From: an uncultured Clostridia bacterium
GTDB taxonomy: Bacteria > Bacillota > Clostridia > Lachnospirales > Lachnospiraceae
Length of the DNA: 64,000 nt
NCBI GenBank assembly: GCA_945992055.1
Contig: CAMFVG010000031.1
Span: 11,057 to 75,056 of the forward strand
Direction: 5' to 3'
Notes under the pieces: model-generated
What the model was told of the DNA's origin: nothing
Seen by the model: only the letters and a program-made list of their open reading frames with translations
Databases searched by the model: none
Translations under genes and position numbers: made by a program
Shown: positions 23,088-33,378 of the stretch, piece after piece
How the letters are laid out: every line of letters starts with the position of its first letter
Position numbering within the stretch: position 1 is the first letter of the stretch

Positions 23088-24764
23088 GTGTTTAGTAATA
23101 TAAAAGTAAGATTGAAATTATCAGACATCCTGTTGTTTGCGTCGCTGTTTTTAGCCGGTGGCTTTCACGAACACACATCATGTCTGATTAGTCTCGTTAT
23201 ATCAATATATTTTTTTGCTCATATTTTTTCGCATAGAAAAATACGGATGCAGATGAATCTGATGTTTGTTTCCGTTTTGTCCATTTGCTTGTTTTATGGA
23301 CTGGCTTGTTTCTGGGCGATTGACTCGGGCATGGCGTTTATAGGATTTGTAAAATATTTGCCTGTTTTTTTGTATTTGCTTTTGCTATATCAGGAAGAAC
23401 GGGCTGGAGAAGTGCTAACAGTTCTTCCATATGTAGCAGTTGGTATGGTTGTGGTATCTGCAGTTGGCGCGCAGATTCCGATGCTAAAAGCCTTTTTTAC
23501 CGTGGCTGGTCGCTTTGCAGGATTTTTCCAATATCCGAATACATTTGCCATCTTTTTGCTTCTGTGTGAATTATTGATCTTGCAAAAGACAGAATTAAAA
23601 GTATGGGATTATGTTTCGGCAGCAGTATTGATTGGCGGTATTTTATATACCGGAAGCCGTACGGTGTTCGTACTGTTCATTGCTTCCAACTTTGTCATGT
23701 TATTATTGATTGCAAACAAAAAAGCAAAGGCAGTCATGTTGCTTGTACTCTTGTTTTCAATCGTAGCGATATTGTTACTCATGTTGCTCTTGCGGGATAA
23801 TGCGATTGTAAGCCGATATTTAAATATGGATTTAGGGGCAAGTACCTTTGTGGGAAGAATCCTATATGTAATTGATGCATTGCCACTTGTTTTAAAATAT
23901 CCTTTCGGACTGGGGTATATGGGATACTATTATATACAGAACAGCATTCAGTCGGGGCTTTATTATGTGACGTTTGTGCATAATGATTTTTTGCAACTAT
24001 TCTTGGATATTGGCTGGATTCCGGCATTGTTATTTTGGGGAATGATTGTAAAATTCTTTTTCAAAAAGGATGTGTCACTTACAAGAAAACTCATTGTAGC
24101 GACTTTTTGTGTACATACATTTTTTGATTTCAATCTGCAATACATGGCGATGTTCTTTCTCTTTTTGCTACTTATGTACACCAAGGATGGCAAAGAGAAG
24201 GTGTATGAAATTGCAGGATGGAAAAGGGTTGTGCCGGCTCTTGTTTTGGTAGTCAGTGCTTATATGGGAATTGCATTGATTTTGGCACATTACAAGCAGA
24301 TGGATGTATCCTACGCAATGTATCCGTACAACACAAGAAATAATTTGAATAGAATGGAAGAGGCAGAACTTGCCAAGGCCAATGAAATAGCGGAGCAGAT
24401 TTTAAAGCAAAACGAGGCTTATTATGCTCCGTATAGCGTGAAAGCCCAATACGCCTATTCGCAAGGGGATTTCACAGAGACCATTTATAACAAACACGAA
24501 GCGTTTGAAAGAAACCCGTTTCGTTATGCAGAATATAAAGAATATTGTTTGATGCTTCTTAATGGAATTGCAATATTTAGTCGACAGGGCGATGAAGCAA
24601 GCGTGGACGCGTGCAACCAGGAGATATTGGCCACATATGAGCGATTAGAAAGCAATAAAACGCGTCTTAGTAAACTCGGTAAGCGGATAGAGGAGCAGCC
24701 GATACTTGAGTTTTCGGAAGACATTATGCAGTATATTCAGAAAATAGAAAAAGGTGATAAGTAA
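23088..24764 (+). CDS. O-antigen ligase (Wzy_C/WaaL)-like membrane protein with C-terminal TPR-like domain
   Basis: About 12 TM helices; RFAGFFQYPNTFA, TGSRT, GR...PFGLG, VHNDFLQ motifs. Confidence 0.85.
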   Translation: MFSNIKVRLKLSDILLFASLFLAGGFHEHTSCLISLVISIYFFAHIFSHRKIRMQMNLMFVSVLSICLFYGLACFWAIDSGMAFIGFVKYLPVFLYLLLLYQEERAGEVLTVLPYVAVGMVVVSAVGAQIPMLKAFFTVAGRFAGFFQYPNTFAIFLLLCELLILQKTELKVWDYVSAAVLIGGILYTGSRTVFVLFIASNFVMLLLIANKKAKAVMLLVLLFSIVAILLLMLLLRDNAIVSRYLNMDLGASTFVGRILYVIDALPLVLKYPFGLGYMGYYYIQNSIQSGLYYVTFVHNDFLQLFLDIGWIPALLFWGMIVKFFFKKDVSLTRKLIVATFCVHTFFDFNLQYMAMFFLFLLLMYTKDGKEKVYEIAGWKRVVPALVLVVSAYMGIALILAHYKQMDVSYAMYPYNTRNNLNRMEEAELAKANEIAEQILKQNEAYYAPYSVKAQYAYSQGDFTETIYNKHEAFERNPFRYAEYKEYCLMLLNGIAIFSRQGDEASVDACNQEILATYERLESNKTRLSKLGKRIEEQPILEFSEDIMQYIQKIEKGDK

Positions 24765-26126
24765 ATGAAAATAAAGAAAAAACAACTTTATTTTATTGCC
24801 GCAGGAGTTGCAGTCGTATGTATTGTAGTTCTCGGAATTTTACTATTGTTTCCGAAAAAAAACCTTTCCCTATTAGACCAATCCGGCAGGGAAGTGATAC
24901 AGGTCACAAAGAAGTATGATTTTTCGGATCACAAGATGGCCTATTTTGATATGGCCATTACGGAGGCAACACAGATTCTTGCAAAGCAAAAGGATTGCAG
25001 TATAGAGGATGCCAGGGACATGCTGTGGAAGGATGAGTATCAAATCTATACTTACTATCAGCAAGATGTACAAGTGGCATTGGCAAAAAGCTGCAAACCT
25101 TACAATGACCGATTTGATTGCGGTGGGGTTGTGACAGATTTAGATGGGAATGTGGTGGCGGCTTACGGACATTCCGTGAATGAAAGCTCTGAAAATTATG
25201 CCATGCACACGGCGTCTCCATATTCATCCATTAAACCGTTGAGTGTGTACGCTCAGGCAATTGAAAAGGGCATTATCAATTGGTCTACGGTTTATGAAGA
25301 CAGTCCTTATAAGCAGATTAAAGGCGCGGACGATAAGATGAGAGATTGGCCGGTCAATGCAAGCGGGCAATATGAGAATACAAATGTTACCATCTATGAG
25401 GCAATCAGAGAATCCTTAAATACAGTTGCTGTAAAGTGTCTGAAAGATGTGGGAGTGGATAACTCTATCGAATTTTTACAAAACAATTTCGGTATTTCTC
25501 TGGTGGGAGAACAATATACCTCCGTACTATATGAAGAGGAAGAAGTAATCGGAAATATTGCAATGGGATATTTCCAAACTGGCGTAGCTCCGGTTGACAT
25601 GGCAGGTTACTATCAAATCTTTGCTACCGGCGGTACATACGTGAAACCATCTGCTGTATATCAGATTTGTGATAAGGATGGAGAAGTGGTATACGAAAGA
25701 GGTTACAATCCACAAGAGATTATCAGTCCTCATACGGCAGATATCATGAACAAGTTGCTACAAGGAGTAGCAAAAACAGGGGGTACCGGTGTAGAAGCTT
25801 ACTGTGAATCCACAGAGGTTGCCGGGAAGACCGGTTCGGCGGATGCCAATGCAGACTGCTGGTTTGTGGGATTGACGCCGGAATACAGTTGTGCGATATG
25901 GCACAGTAAGAACTATAAGAACATGGCTCCGGTGCTGTTTTCCAGAACCATGGAAGAGGTACATAAAGGGAACGAAGAGCTAAAGAATGTCTTTGGCATG
26001 CATTCCAATCTTCGCAAATACCTTTATTGTGAAGAGAGTGGCATGGCTGTTTCGCCAAATTGCACACTCACTCAATTGGGTTATTATGTTCCGGGCACGG
26101 AATTAAAAACATGTAATCAGCATTAA
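24765..26126 (+). CDS. Penicillin-binding protein, transpeptidase domain only
   Basis: SSIK (SxxK), SLN (SxN), KTG motifs; N-terminal TM; no recognisable GT51 domain. Confidence 0.85.
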   Translation: MKIKKKQLYFIAAGVAVVCIVVLGILLLFPKKNLSLLDQSGREVIQVTKKYDFSDHKMAYFDMAITEATQILAKQKDCSIEDARDMLWKDEYQIYTYYQQDVQVALAKSCKPYNDRFDCGGVVTDLDGNVVAAYGHSVNESSENYAMHTASPYSSIKPLSVYAQAIEKGIINWSTVYEDSPYKQIKGADDKMRDWPVNASGQYENTNVTIYEAIRESLNTVAVKCLKDVGVDNSIEFLQNNFGISLVGEQYTSVLYEEEEVIGNIAMGYFQTGVAPVDMAGYYQIFATGGTYVKPSAVYQICDKDGEVVYERGYNPQEIISPHTADIMNKLLQGVAKTGGTGVEAYCESTEVAGKTGSADANADCWFVGLTPEYSCAIWHSKNYKNMAPVLFSRTMEEVHKGNEELKNVFGMHSNLRKYLYCEESGMAVSPNCTLTQLGYYVPGTELKTCNQH

Positions 26127-26156
26127 TATAAAATATCTAAAAGGAGGAGAAGAAAA

Positions 26157-29100
26157 ATGAGGATGTTCAAGAAAGTAACAGCAGTTCTTTTGGCAGCATC
26201 AATGGTATTTTCCGTAGGAATATGGGGGAATACCGCACAGGCTGAAGAGGCACAAGTGGAACAGAGTATCGAATACACACCACTTGCGTTGGACCAAGCA
26301 GTGAATGTGACTTTGGATGAAAATAATACAATGGCGTATTTTTCATTCACACCTACAGAAGATATAATCTGTATGTTTGAGTCACATGGAGCATCACAGA
26401 TTGTGGAGGCGAGATTATACGAGGTTAGAGAAGGCGAAGATCTCTTTTTGGCAAATGCACTACAGGAAATCGACGGCATTGATTTTCGTTTGTGCAAAAA
26501 GTTGGAAGCAGGAAAAGAATATCATTTTACTGCTGCACAATATGGACCGGGCACAAGATATGCAATGAACTTTAATGTAATCTTGAAAACATCGCCGGTA
26601 GCGAAAGTGGAAGCACAAGCAGTAAAAGTAATCGAGAATTTTGATGGATATGATTCGCCGGAATACTATTGGTATAACTTGAGTTCCAAAATAAATGCAA
26701 AAGTCACCATGACAGATGGAGAGGAATATGACATTATCAACGGCAATGCATTTTATTATAACAATGAATATATTCGTTTTAACGTAAGCAGCAACCAGTC
26801 GGCTTTGAATGAGTGGACAGTTGGAAATACCTACACGGCAACATTGTATGTATTGGGATACCCTGCAGAATTTTCAGTAACAGTTGTACCGTCTCCGGTA
26901 GAGAGTATTGAGGTCAATCCGATTGTACTTGCGGAATATGGAAGAGGCACTGTTATGAGCCCGGGGTCTTCTGACGAATGGTTCAGCTATCGCTGGGAAG
27001 ACTTGGTAGAATACACCATTAAAATGAAAAATGGAGAGAAGATTATAGGCACTGGAAATCATGTGCAATATAATGGCGTAGGTTATAATTTTATCACCGG
27101 AGATAACCAATGGGCTGAACATTGGTATGTAGGAAATACATATGAGTTGACAGCATCATTCCTGGGTGTAACTAGCAAAGTTTCTGTAAGCATAAATGAG
27201 AAATTGGAAGAGAATGGATATGAGTATGTACTTCAAGACAACCAGGCAGTGATCATAAGCTGTGATCGTGAGGACGAAGTACTTGTGATTCCGGATACCT
27301 TGGGCGGATACCCGGTAGTGGGTATTACAGACCTTACGGGTGCTGTTTATTATGCCGAAGAAATCGTGATCCCGGATACGGTAACCATGCTTTCAAAAGG
27401 CGTTTACCAGTGGAACTATGACTTGAAGAAGTTGACATTGGGCAAAGGCATCTCTAATTTGAAGAATGAATACTTTACGGGTACAGTAAATCTGGAAGAG
27501 ATTGTAATTTCGGATGACAATGCAACTTACAAGTCTGTGGATGGCGTAGTGTACGATAAAGACGTGACGAAGATTGAAGTTTTCCCACGTGCAAAGACAG
27601 GAACATATAAAGTACCGGATACAGTCACAGACATCTCTGTATTGATGGATAACTTTAATCTGTACAATGTAGAATTAGACCTTGGCAATAGCAACACGGA
27701 CTATGTGATGGAAGATGGCGTAATCTACAATAAAGAAAAAACTGTCATCTACAAATGTGTTCAAAAGACAACTGGAAAATATACGATGCCAAATACCGTT
27801 ACGGAAATCAAGGATGGCGCGTTTGAGGGAAGTAGCTTGAGTGAAGTTATTGTTTCTGAAAATGTATCGGAGATTGTGTACTGTGCATTTTCTAACAGTG
27901 TAAAATTGGAAAATATTGTATTGCCAGAAAAATTAGAAGAAATTTCTGATGGAGCATTTGATGGATGTACAAAACTCAAAACAATAGATGTACCGGATAA
28001 TGTAACGAGAATTGGTCAAAATGCGTTTAGTTATTCGGGATTAGAAAGTGTCACCTTAAATGCCAACTTGGAAACAATAGGATGGAGCGCTTTTTCGGAT
28101 TCGCAACTGAAAGAAGTGGTACTTCCTGACAGTTTGACCTATTTGGGCGGTTCCGCATTTGCGCATACGCCTTTGGAAAATGTGACATTTGGTTCGGGAA
28201 TTGAGGTTATTGATGCAAGCACATTCTACGGAACGAATTTAAAAACAATTACCTTGCCGGAAAAAGTGAAGTATGTTGGCGAGTATGCATTTGCAGAATC
28301 TCAATTAGAAGAAGTTATTTTCTTGAACGACGATGTTTGGCTTGACTGGGGTGCTTTCTATAAGTGTCCAATTAAAGCTGTTGACTTAAAAAATGTCAAC
28401 CACATTGGTGGTAATGCATTCCAAGGTTCGCAGCTTACAGGAATCAAGATTCCTGCAAGTGTTACAGACCTTGCTTATATGTCATTCGCTGACAGTGAAA
28501 AACTTGCAAATATTGAATTGCCAGAAGGACTAAATTCTTTAGATGGAATGGCATTCCACAATACGGCTTGGTGGGCGAACCAACCAGACGGACTCGTTTA
28601 TATTGGCGATTATTTGTATGGATATAAAGGAACGATGCCTGAAAACACAACCATTGAAGTGAAGGAAGGCACAAGACTGATTGCAGATAATGCGTTTGCA
28701 AATCAATTAAATTTGAAGAGTGTAACCATTCCTGCAAGTGTAGAAAACATCGGTTGGGGAGCTTTCAGAGGTTGTTTGAACCTGGAAAAGATAACCATCT
28801 CGGAAGATAATGAAAGATACTACACAAATGACGAAGGCACAATGTTGTTTGAAGGCGAAGGTTATTGGCCGATGTGGAGACAAGTTGTTGCAGTAACCGG
28901 TATAGATGTGGGGGATTATGAGGAGGATGTTCCTTACGGACAGTCTTTGGATGAATGGATTGCAAATTTCCCATATTATAGATGGGTATATGTACAATAT
29001 GTAGACGGCTTTGCTGGACCTATGGAACCATATGGACAAGAGACTTTTGAAGTTACAAAAGATATGGTTTCTGGGTTCGACAGTACAGTTCCTGGAAGAC

Positions 29101-31106
29101 ATACTTTGACACTTGACTTTGGTAAATATGTGGCAGAATTAGATTATGTGGTAGGAGAAAAACCACTAGAACCAGTAGCAGTTACAGGCGTAACGATTAC
29201 AAAGACGTTATCTTTGGATAGCGGAGAATCTAAATCATTAGAATATACTGTACTTCCTGCAGATGCGACAAACAAAGCGGTTACATTCTCATCAAGCAAT
29301 CCGGAAGTGGCAACTGTAGATACGATAACAGGAGAAGTGACTGCTCATAAAGAGGGTCAAACGGTAGTTACCATTAAAACAGTAGATGGAAACTATACAG
29401 ATACCTGTGTGGTGACTGTAAATTGTGGACATAATATAGGATATGATGTTCCGGCAGAAGAGTCTACCTGTACAAAACAAGGACATGGTGCATACACTGT
29501 TTGTGAAGACTGTGGAGATATTATTTCCGGTTCGGATGCATTATTACCACTGAAAGACCACGAAGGCGGAACAGCTACCTGTAAAGACAAAGCAATTTGT
29601 TCAACATGTTTCCAACCATATGGTTCGTATGCTTCCCATGAATTGAAACATTACGGAAAAGTGGATGCAGACCATAAGGCAGAAGGGAAACAAGAGTACT
29701 GGCAATGTGACGTTTGTGATAAATATTTTGCAGATGCGGAAGCGAAAACAGAAGTGGCCGAAAAAGACCTTGTGATTTCAAAAGTCCCACATAGCTATGA
29801 CGACTCTGAATGGAAATACGACGAAGAAACTCACTGGAATGAATGCGAATGTGGCGAAAAGACCAATGTAATCAAGCATGTATTTGATAACAATTGCGAT
29901 ACCAAATGTAATGTATGTGAATATACAAGAACAACAGAACATGATTGGAGTGACAAGTGGGCTTCTGATGGAAAGAATCACTGGCATGAATGTAATGAGT
30001 GTCATGAAAAGAAAGATATAGTAGCTCATGAAGGTGGAAAAGCAACTTGCCAGGAACTTGCAAAATGTGCAACCTGTAATACAGCATACGGTGAGTATGC
30101 CGACCATGATTACACAGCACAGACAGCAGAGGCAAAATATTTGAAGAGTGTAGCTACTTGTAAAGACAAAGCAGTTTACTATGTAAGCTGTAGCGTATGT
30201 GCAAAAGCAAGCAACGAGTTGACATTCAAACATGGTGATGTGGATCCGAAAAATCATCAAGGAGAAACAGAACTTAAGGATATTGTAGAAGCAAAATGTA
30301 ATCAAGTAGGTTATACAGGTGATACTTACTGTAAAGACTGTAATACAAAGATTGCAGATGGAAAAGAAGTTGAAAAACTTCCACACGTTGTAGAAACATG
30401 GGAAGTAACAAAAGAAGCGACTACGAAAGAAAAAGGTACAAAGAGCGGAACATGTACAGGATGTAATGCAACACTTCATGTAGAAACAGCACAGTTATTA
30501 GAAACCGGCGAAGAAGTGAAGAAAACAGAAGGTCTTGATTCCAAAGTAGAAATGGTTGGAGATACCAACATCACTGCGGATGTTGTTTTCAAAGCAGAGG
30601 AAGTTTCGCAGACAGTAACAGAAACTGTTAAGAAGACAATTGATAAAGCCATTGACACCTTGAAAGAAAAAGTAGAGGGACAGACTGTAGCATCTATCTT
30701 TGATTTGAGTTTGATTTTGCGTGAACAAGCCACAAATGGTGAATTGATTAGTGAGAAGGAATTCGAATTAGAAGGAACTGTGCAAGTAACAATTCCTGTG
30801 CCGAGCGACTTGTTGACAAAATATGAAAATCTTCAATTAGTCCATATTAAAGATGATGGAACAGCTGAAATTCTTCCATTCACATTGGAAGATGGAAAAG
30901 CAACATTTACAACAGATGGATTTAGTTACTATACATTTGTAGGAACAGAAAAAGCACCGGCAACGTCAGAACCAGGACCGGGAACACCAAATACAGGTGA
31001 TAATAACCACGGAATCCTTTGCTATGCATTTATGATGATGTTAGCAGCGGGTGTTGTTGCACATGAAATGCTTGAAAGAGAACGTGCAAGAAAGAGAAGT
31101 CGTTAA
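26157..31106 (+). CDS. Large sortase-anchored surface protein: BspA-type LRRs, Ig-like domains, Cys/His-rich repeats
   Basis: Signal peptide; repeats such as LKSVTIPASVENIGWGAFRGC; Big_2-like DATNKAVTFSSSNPEVATVD; C-terminal PNTG + TM + basic tail. Confidence 0.9.
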   Translation: MRMFKKVTAVLLAASMVFSVGIWGNTAQAEEAQVEQSIEYTPLALDQAVNVTLDENNTMAYFSFTPTEDIICMFESHGASQIVEARLYEVREGEDLFLANALQEIDGIDFRLCKKLEAGKEYHFTAAQYGPGTRYAMNFNVILKTSPVAKVEAQAVKVIENFDGYDSPEYYWYNLSSKINAKVTMTDGEEYDIINGNAFYYNNEYIRFNVSSNQSALNEWTVGNTYTATLYVLGYPAEFSVTVVPSPVESIEVNPIVLAEYGRGTVMSPGSSDEWFSYRWEDLVEYTIKMKNGEKIIGTGNHVQYNGVGYNFITGDNQWAEHWYVGNTYELTASFLGVTSKVSVSINEKLEENGYEYVLQDNQAVIISCDREDEVLVIPDTLGGYPVVGITDLTGAVYYAEEIVIPDTVTMLSKGVYQWNYDLKKLTLGKGISNLKNEYFTGTVNLEEIVISDDNATYKSVDGVVYDKDVTKIEVFPRAKTGTYKVPDTVTDISVLMDNFNLYNVELDLGNSNTDYVMEDGVIYNKEKTVIYKCVQKTTGKYTMPNTVTEIKDGAFEGSSLSEVIVSENVSEIVYCAFSNSVKLENIVLPEKLEEISDGAFDGCTKLKTIDVPDNVTRIGQNAFSYSGLESVTLNANLETIGWSAFSDSQLKEVVLPDSLTYLGGSAFAHTPLENVTFGSGIEVIDASTFYGTNLKTITLPEKVKYVGEYAFAESQLEEVIFLNDDVWLDWGAFYKCPIKAVDLKNVNHIGGNAFQGSQLTGIKIPASVTDLAYMSFADSEKLANIELPEGLNSLDGMAFHNTAWWANQPDGLVYIGDYLYGYKGTMPENTTIEVKEGTRLIADNAFANQLNLKSVTIPASVENIGWGAFRGCLNLEKITISEDNERYYTNDEGTMLFEGEGYWPMWRQVVAVTGIDVGDYEEDVPYGQSLDEWIANFPYYRWVYVQYVDGFAGPMEPYGQETFEVTKDMVSGFDSTVPGRHTLTLDFGKYVAELDYVVGEKPLEPVAVTGVTITKTLSLDSGESKSLEYTVLPADATNKAVTFSSSNPEVATVDTITGEVTAHKEGQTVVTIKTVDGNYTDTCVVTVNCGHNIGYDVPAEESTCTKQGHGAYTVCEDCGDIISGSDALLPLKDHEGGTATCKDKAICSTCFQPYGSYASHELKHYGKVDADHKAEGKQEYWQCDVCDKYFADAEAKTEVAEKDLVISKVPHSYDDSEWKYDEETHWNECECGEKTNVIKHVFDNNCDTKCNVCEYTRTTEHDWSDKWASDGKNHWHECNECHEKKDIVAHEGGKATCQELAKCATCNTAYGEYADHDYTAQTAEAKYLKSVATCKDKAVYYVSCSVCAKASNELTFKHGDVDPKNHQGETELKDIVEAKCNQVGYTGDTYCKDCNTKIADGKEVEKLPHVVETWEVTKEATTKEKGTKSGTCTGCNATLHVETAQLLETGEEVKKTEGLDSKVEMVGDTNITADVVFKAEEVSQTVTETVKKTIDKAIDTLKEKVEGQTVASIFDLSLILREQATNGELISEKEFELEGTVQVTIPVPSDLLTKYENLQLVHIKDDGTAEILPFTLEDGKATFTTDGFSYYTFVGTEKAPATSEPGPGTPNTGDNNHGILCYAFMMMLAAGVVAHEMLERERARKRSR

Positions 31107-31132
31107 TACAAATATATAACTAATATGCATTC

Positions 31133-31165
31133 AAAAGGCCCGAGTAAAAACTCGGGTCTTTTTTT
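31133..31165 (+). terminator. Rho-independent terminator
   Basis: GGCCCGAGT-AAAA-ACTCGGGTC followed by T7. Confidence 0.8.
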
Positions 31166-31176
31166 GAGAAAAACAC

Positions 31177-31205
31177 TTGAAATAATTGTAATATTATGTT
31201 AATAT
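31177..31205 (+). promoter_or_regulatory. SigA promoter of rpsF-ssb-rpsR
   Basis: TTGAAA, 17 nt spacer, extended -10 TG-T-TAATAT. Confidence 0.6.
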
Positions 31206-31228
31206 ATCAAATTGTGATATATTATTTT

Positions 31229-31276
31229 ATTCCTTGTTCCCGAAAGGAATTCGGGGGCCAGAGACCATAAGGAGGT
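31229..31276 (+). promoter_or_regulatory. S6:S18 ribosomal protein leader RNA (autoregulatory)
   Basis: TCCTT pairs with AAGGA of the RBS; inner CCCGAA/TTCGGG stem; GGCCAGAGACC element; located in the rpsF 5' UTR. Confidence 0.7.
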
Positions 31277-31285
31277 GCAAACGAC

Positions 31286-31573
31286 ATGAACAAATATGAA
31301 TTAGCAGTTGTTGTCAATGCAAAAATCGAAGACGACGCTAGAGCGGCAGTGATCGAGAAAGTACAATCTTACATTACTCGTTTCGGTGGCCAAGTTTCTG
31401 ACGTTGATGAATGGGGTAAGAGAAAATTAGCTTACGAAATTCAAAAGATGAGAGAAGGATACTACTACTTCATCCACTTCGAAGCTGAAGCTACAGCTCC
31501 GGCAGAGATTGAAGCAAGACTTCGTATCATGGACAACGTAATCAGATTTTTATGCGTTAGACAGGAAGCATAA
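31286..31573 (+). CDS. rpsF: 30S ribosomal protein S6
   Basis: MNKYE...WGKRKLAYEI. Confidence 0.98.
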   Translation: MNKYELAVVVNAKIEDDARAAVIEKVQSYITRFGGQVSDVDEWGKRKLAYEIQKMREGYYYFIHFEAEATAPAEIEARLRIMDNVIRFLCVRQEA

Positions 31574-31590
31574 GAGAAAAGAGGAATTGT

Positions 31591-32031
31591 ATGAATAAAG
31601 TAATTTTAATGGGACGTTTAACAAGAGATCCTGAAGTTAGATATTCACAAGGTGAAAATGCAAGTGCAGTTGCACGCTACACATTAGCAGTAGACCGTCG
31701 TTTCAGACGCGATGGAGAAGCTACCGCAGATTTTATTAACTGCGTGGCATTCGGAAGAGCAGCAGAGTTTGCTGAAAGATATTTGCGTCAAGGAACAAAG
31801 ATTGCAGTAACCGGACGTATTCAGACCGGAAGCTACACAAATAAAGACGGTGTAAAAGTGTACACGACAGATGTGATTGTAGAAGAGCAAGAGTTTGCTG
31901 AAAGCAAGAACGCATCATCTGCACCAAGTGAAAGTTTTCAGGCTAGTCCTGCACCATCACCAAGTGCAAACATCGGAGATGGATTCATGAATATTCCGGA
32001 TGGAATTGATGAAGAATTACCATTCAACTAG
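31591..32031 (+). CDS. ssb: Single-stranded DNA-binding protein
   Basis: MNKVILMGRLTRDPE; acidic DEELPF C-terminus. Confidence 0.98.
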   Translation: MNKVILMGRLTRDPEVRYSQGENASAVARYTLAVDRRFRRDGEATADFINCVAFGRAAEFAERYLRQGTKIAVTGRIQTGSYTNKDGVKVYTTDVIVEEQEFAESKNASSAPSESFQASPAPSPSANIGDGFMNIPDGIDEELPFN

Positions 32032-32075
32032 ATGCTTAATTGTATTGTATTCGAGAAAAATAGGAGGTATTGACA

Positions 32076-32339
32076 ATGTCTTTTGATAAAGGTAACAAAA
32101 CAGATTCTCCAATGAAGAGAAGACCAATTCGTAGAAGAAAAAAAGTTTGTGTATTCTGCGGAAAAGAAAATAACCAAATCGATTATAAAGACGTGGCTAA
32201 ATTAAGAAAATATGTTTCTGAAAGAGGAAAAATTCTTCCAAGAAGAATCACAGGAAACTGTGCAAAACATCAGAGAGCTCTTACAGTAGCGATAAAGAGA
32301 GCAAGACATATCGCTTTGATGCCATACGTACAAGACTAA
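32076..32339 (+). CDS. rpsR: 30S ribosomal protein S18 (Zn-ligand CxxC...CxxH form)
   Basis: [28 protein letters not shown]. Confidence 0.98.
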   Translation: MSFDKGNKTDSPMKRRPIRRRKKVCVFCGKENNQIDYKDVAKLRKYVSERGKILPRRITGNCAKHQRALTVAIKRARHIALMPYVQD

Positions 32340-32351
32340 TCACAAGAATTG

Positions 32352-32391
32352 AAACCAACTATCCAACATGCGGGTAGTTGGTTTTTCTTTT
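32352..32391 (+). terminator. Rho-independent terminator
   Basis: AAACCAACTATCC...GGGTAGTTGGTTT followed by T-tract. Confidence 0.75.
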
Positions 32392-32457
32392 GACTTTCAG
32401 ATAGGTATGTACTATAATATGATATTATAGTGTGCAAAAAAATAGGAGGGCAGAAAT

Positions 32458-33378
32458 ATGAAAAAACCGGTATTAGTAATTATGGCAGCAGGAATGGGAA
32501 GCCGTTACGGCGGATTAAAACAGATTGATCCAGTAGATGAACAAGGACATATCATCATGGATTTCTCTATTTTTGATGCAAAGAGAGCAGGATTTGAAAA
32601 AGTAATCTTTATTATCAAAGAAGAAAACAAGGCAGATTTCAAAGAAGCGATTGGAGATCGTCTTGAAAAAGTAATGGAAGTAGAGTATGTATTCCAAGAT
32701 CTTTACAATATTCCAGAGAGCTTCAAGGTGCCGGAAGGAAGAGTAAAACCTTGGGGAACAGCACATGCAGTGCTTAGTGCAATTGATGCAATCGATGGAC
32801 CATTTGCAGTTATCAATGCAGATGATTATTATGGAAAAGATGCATTCCAAAAGATTTATGATTATCTTTCAACACATGAAGATGATGACAAATATCGTTA
32901 CACAATGGTTGGATATCAATTAGAGAATACACTGACTGAAAATGGACATGTATCACGTGGTATTTGTAGCATTGACGAAGATGGTTTCCTTACAAAAGTA
33001 GTAGAGAGAACACATATTGAGCCAAAGGGTGACATTACAGCTTATACAGAAGATGGCGGTGAAACTTGGGTAGAGCTTCCAAAGGGATGTTTGGTTTCTA
33101 TGAATATGTGGGGATTCACAGCAAGTTTCTTGCAAGAGACAAAAGCTGGATTTGAAGCGTTTTTAAAAGAAGGTTTGGAAGTAAATCCTATGAAATGCGA
33201 GTATTTCTTGCCTACAGTTGTGAGTAATTTATTGGCAGAAGACAGAGCAACTGTTCAGGTACTTTCATCTGCAGATAAATGGTATGGAGTAACATACAAG
33301 GAAGACAAACCGGTTGTAGTAGCAGCAATTAAAAATATGAAGGAAACAGGATTGTATCCAGAACAACTTTGGGGGTAA
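32458..33378 (+). CDS. Sugar-phosphate nucleotidyltransferase family protein
   Basis: MAAGMGSRYGGLKQ, KPWGTAHA, INADDYYG motifs. Confidence 0.88.
   Translation: MKKPVLVIMAAGMGSRYGGLKQIDPVDEQGHIIMDFSIFDAKRAGFEKVIFIIKEENKADFKEAIGDRLEKVMEVEYVFQDLYNIPESFKVPEGRVKPWGTAHAVLSAIDAIDGPFAVINADDYYGKDAFQKIYDYLSTHEDDDKYRYTMVGYQLENTLTENGHVSRGICSIDEDGFLTKVVERTHIEPKGDITAYTEDGGETWVELPKGCLVSMNMWGFTASFLQETKAGFEAFLKEGLEVNPMKCEYFLPTVVSNLLAEDRATVQVLSSADKWYGVTYKEDKPVVVAAIKNMKETGLYPEQLWG

Noticed and set aside
29778..30479. 233-aa minus-strand ORF (and similar antisense ORFs such as 52174-52980 and 40599-41183)
   Set aside because: Shadow ORFs opposite well-supported genes, with no recognisable motifs.
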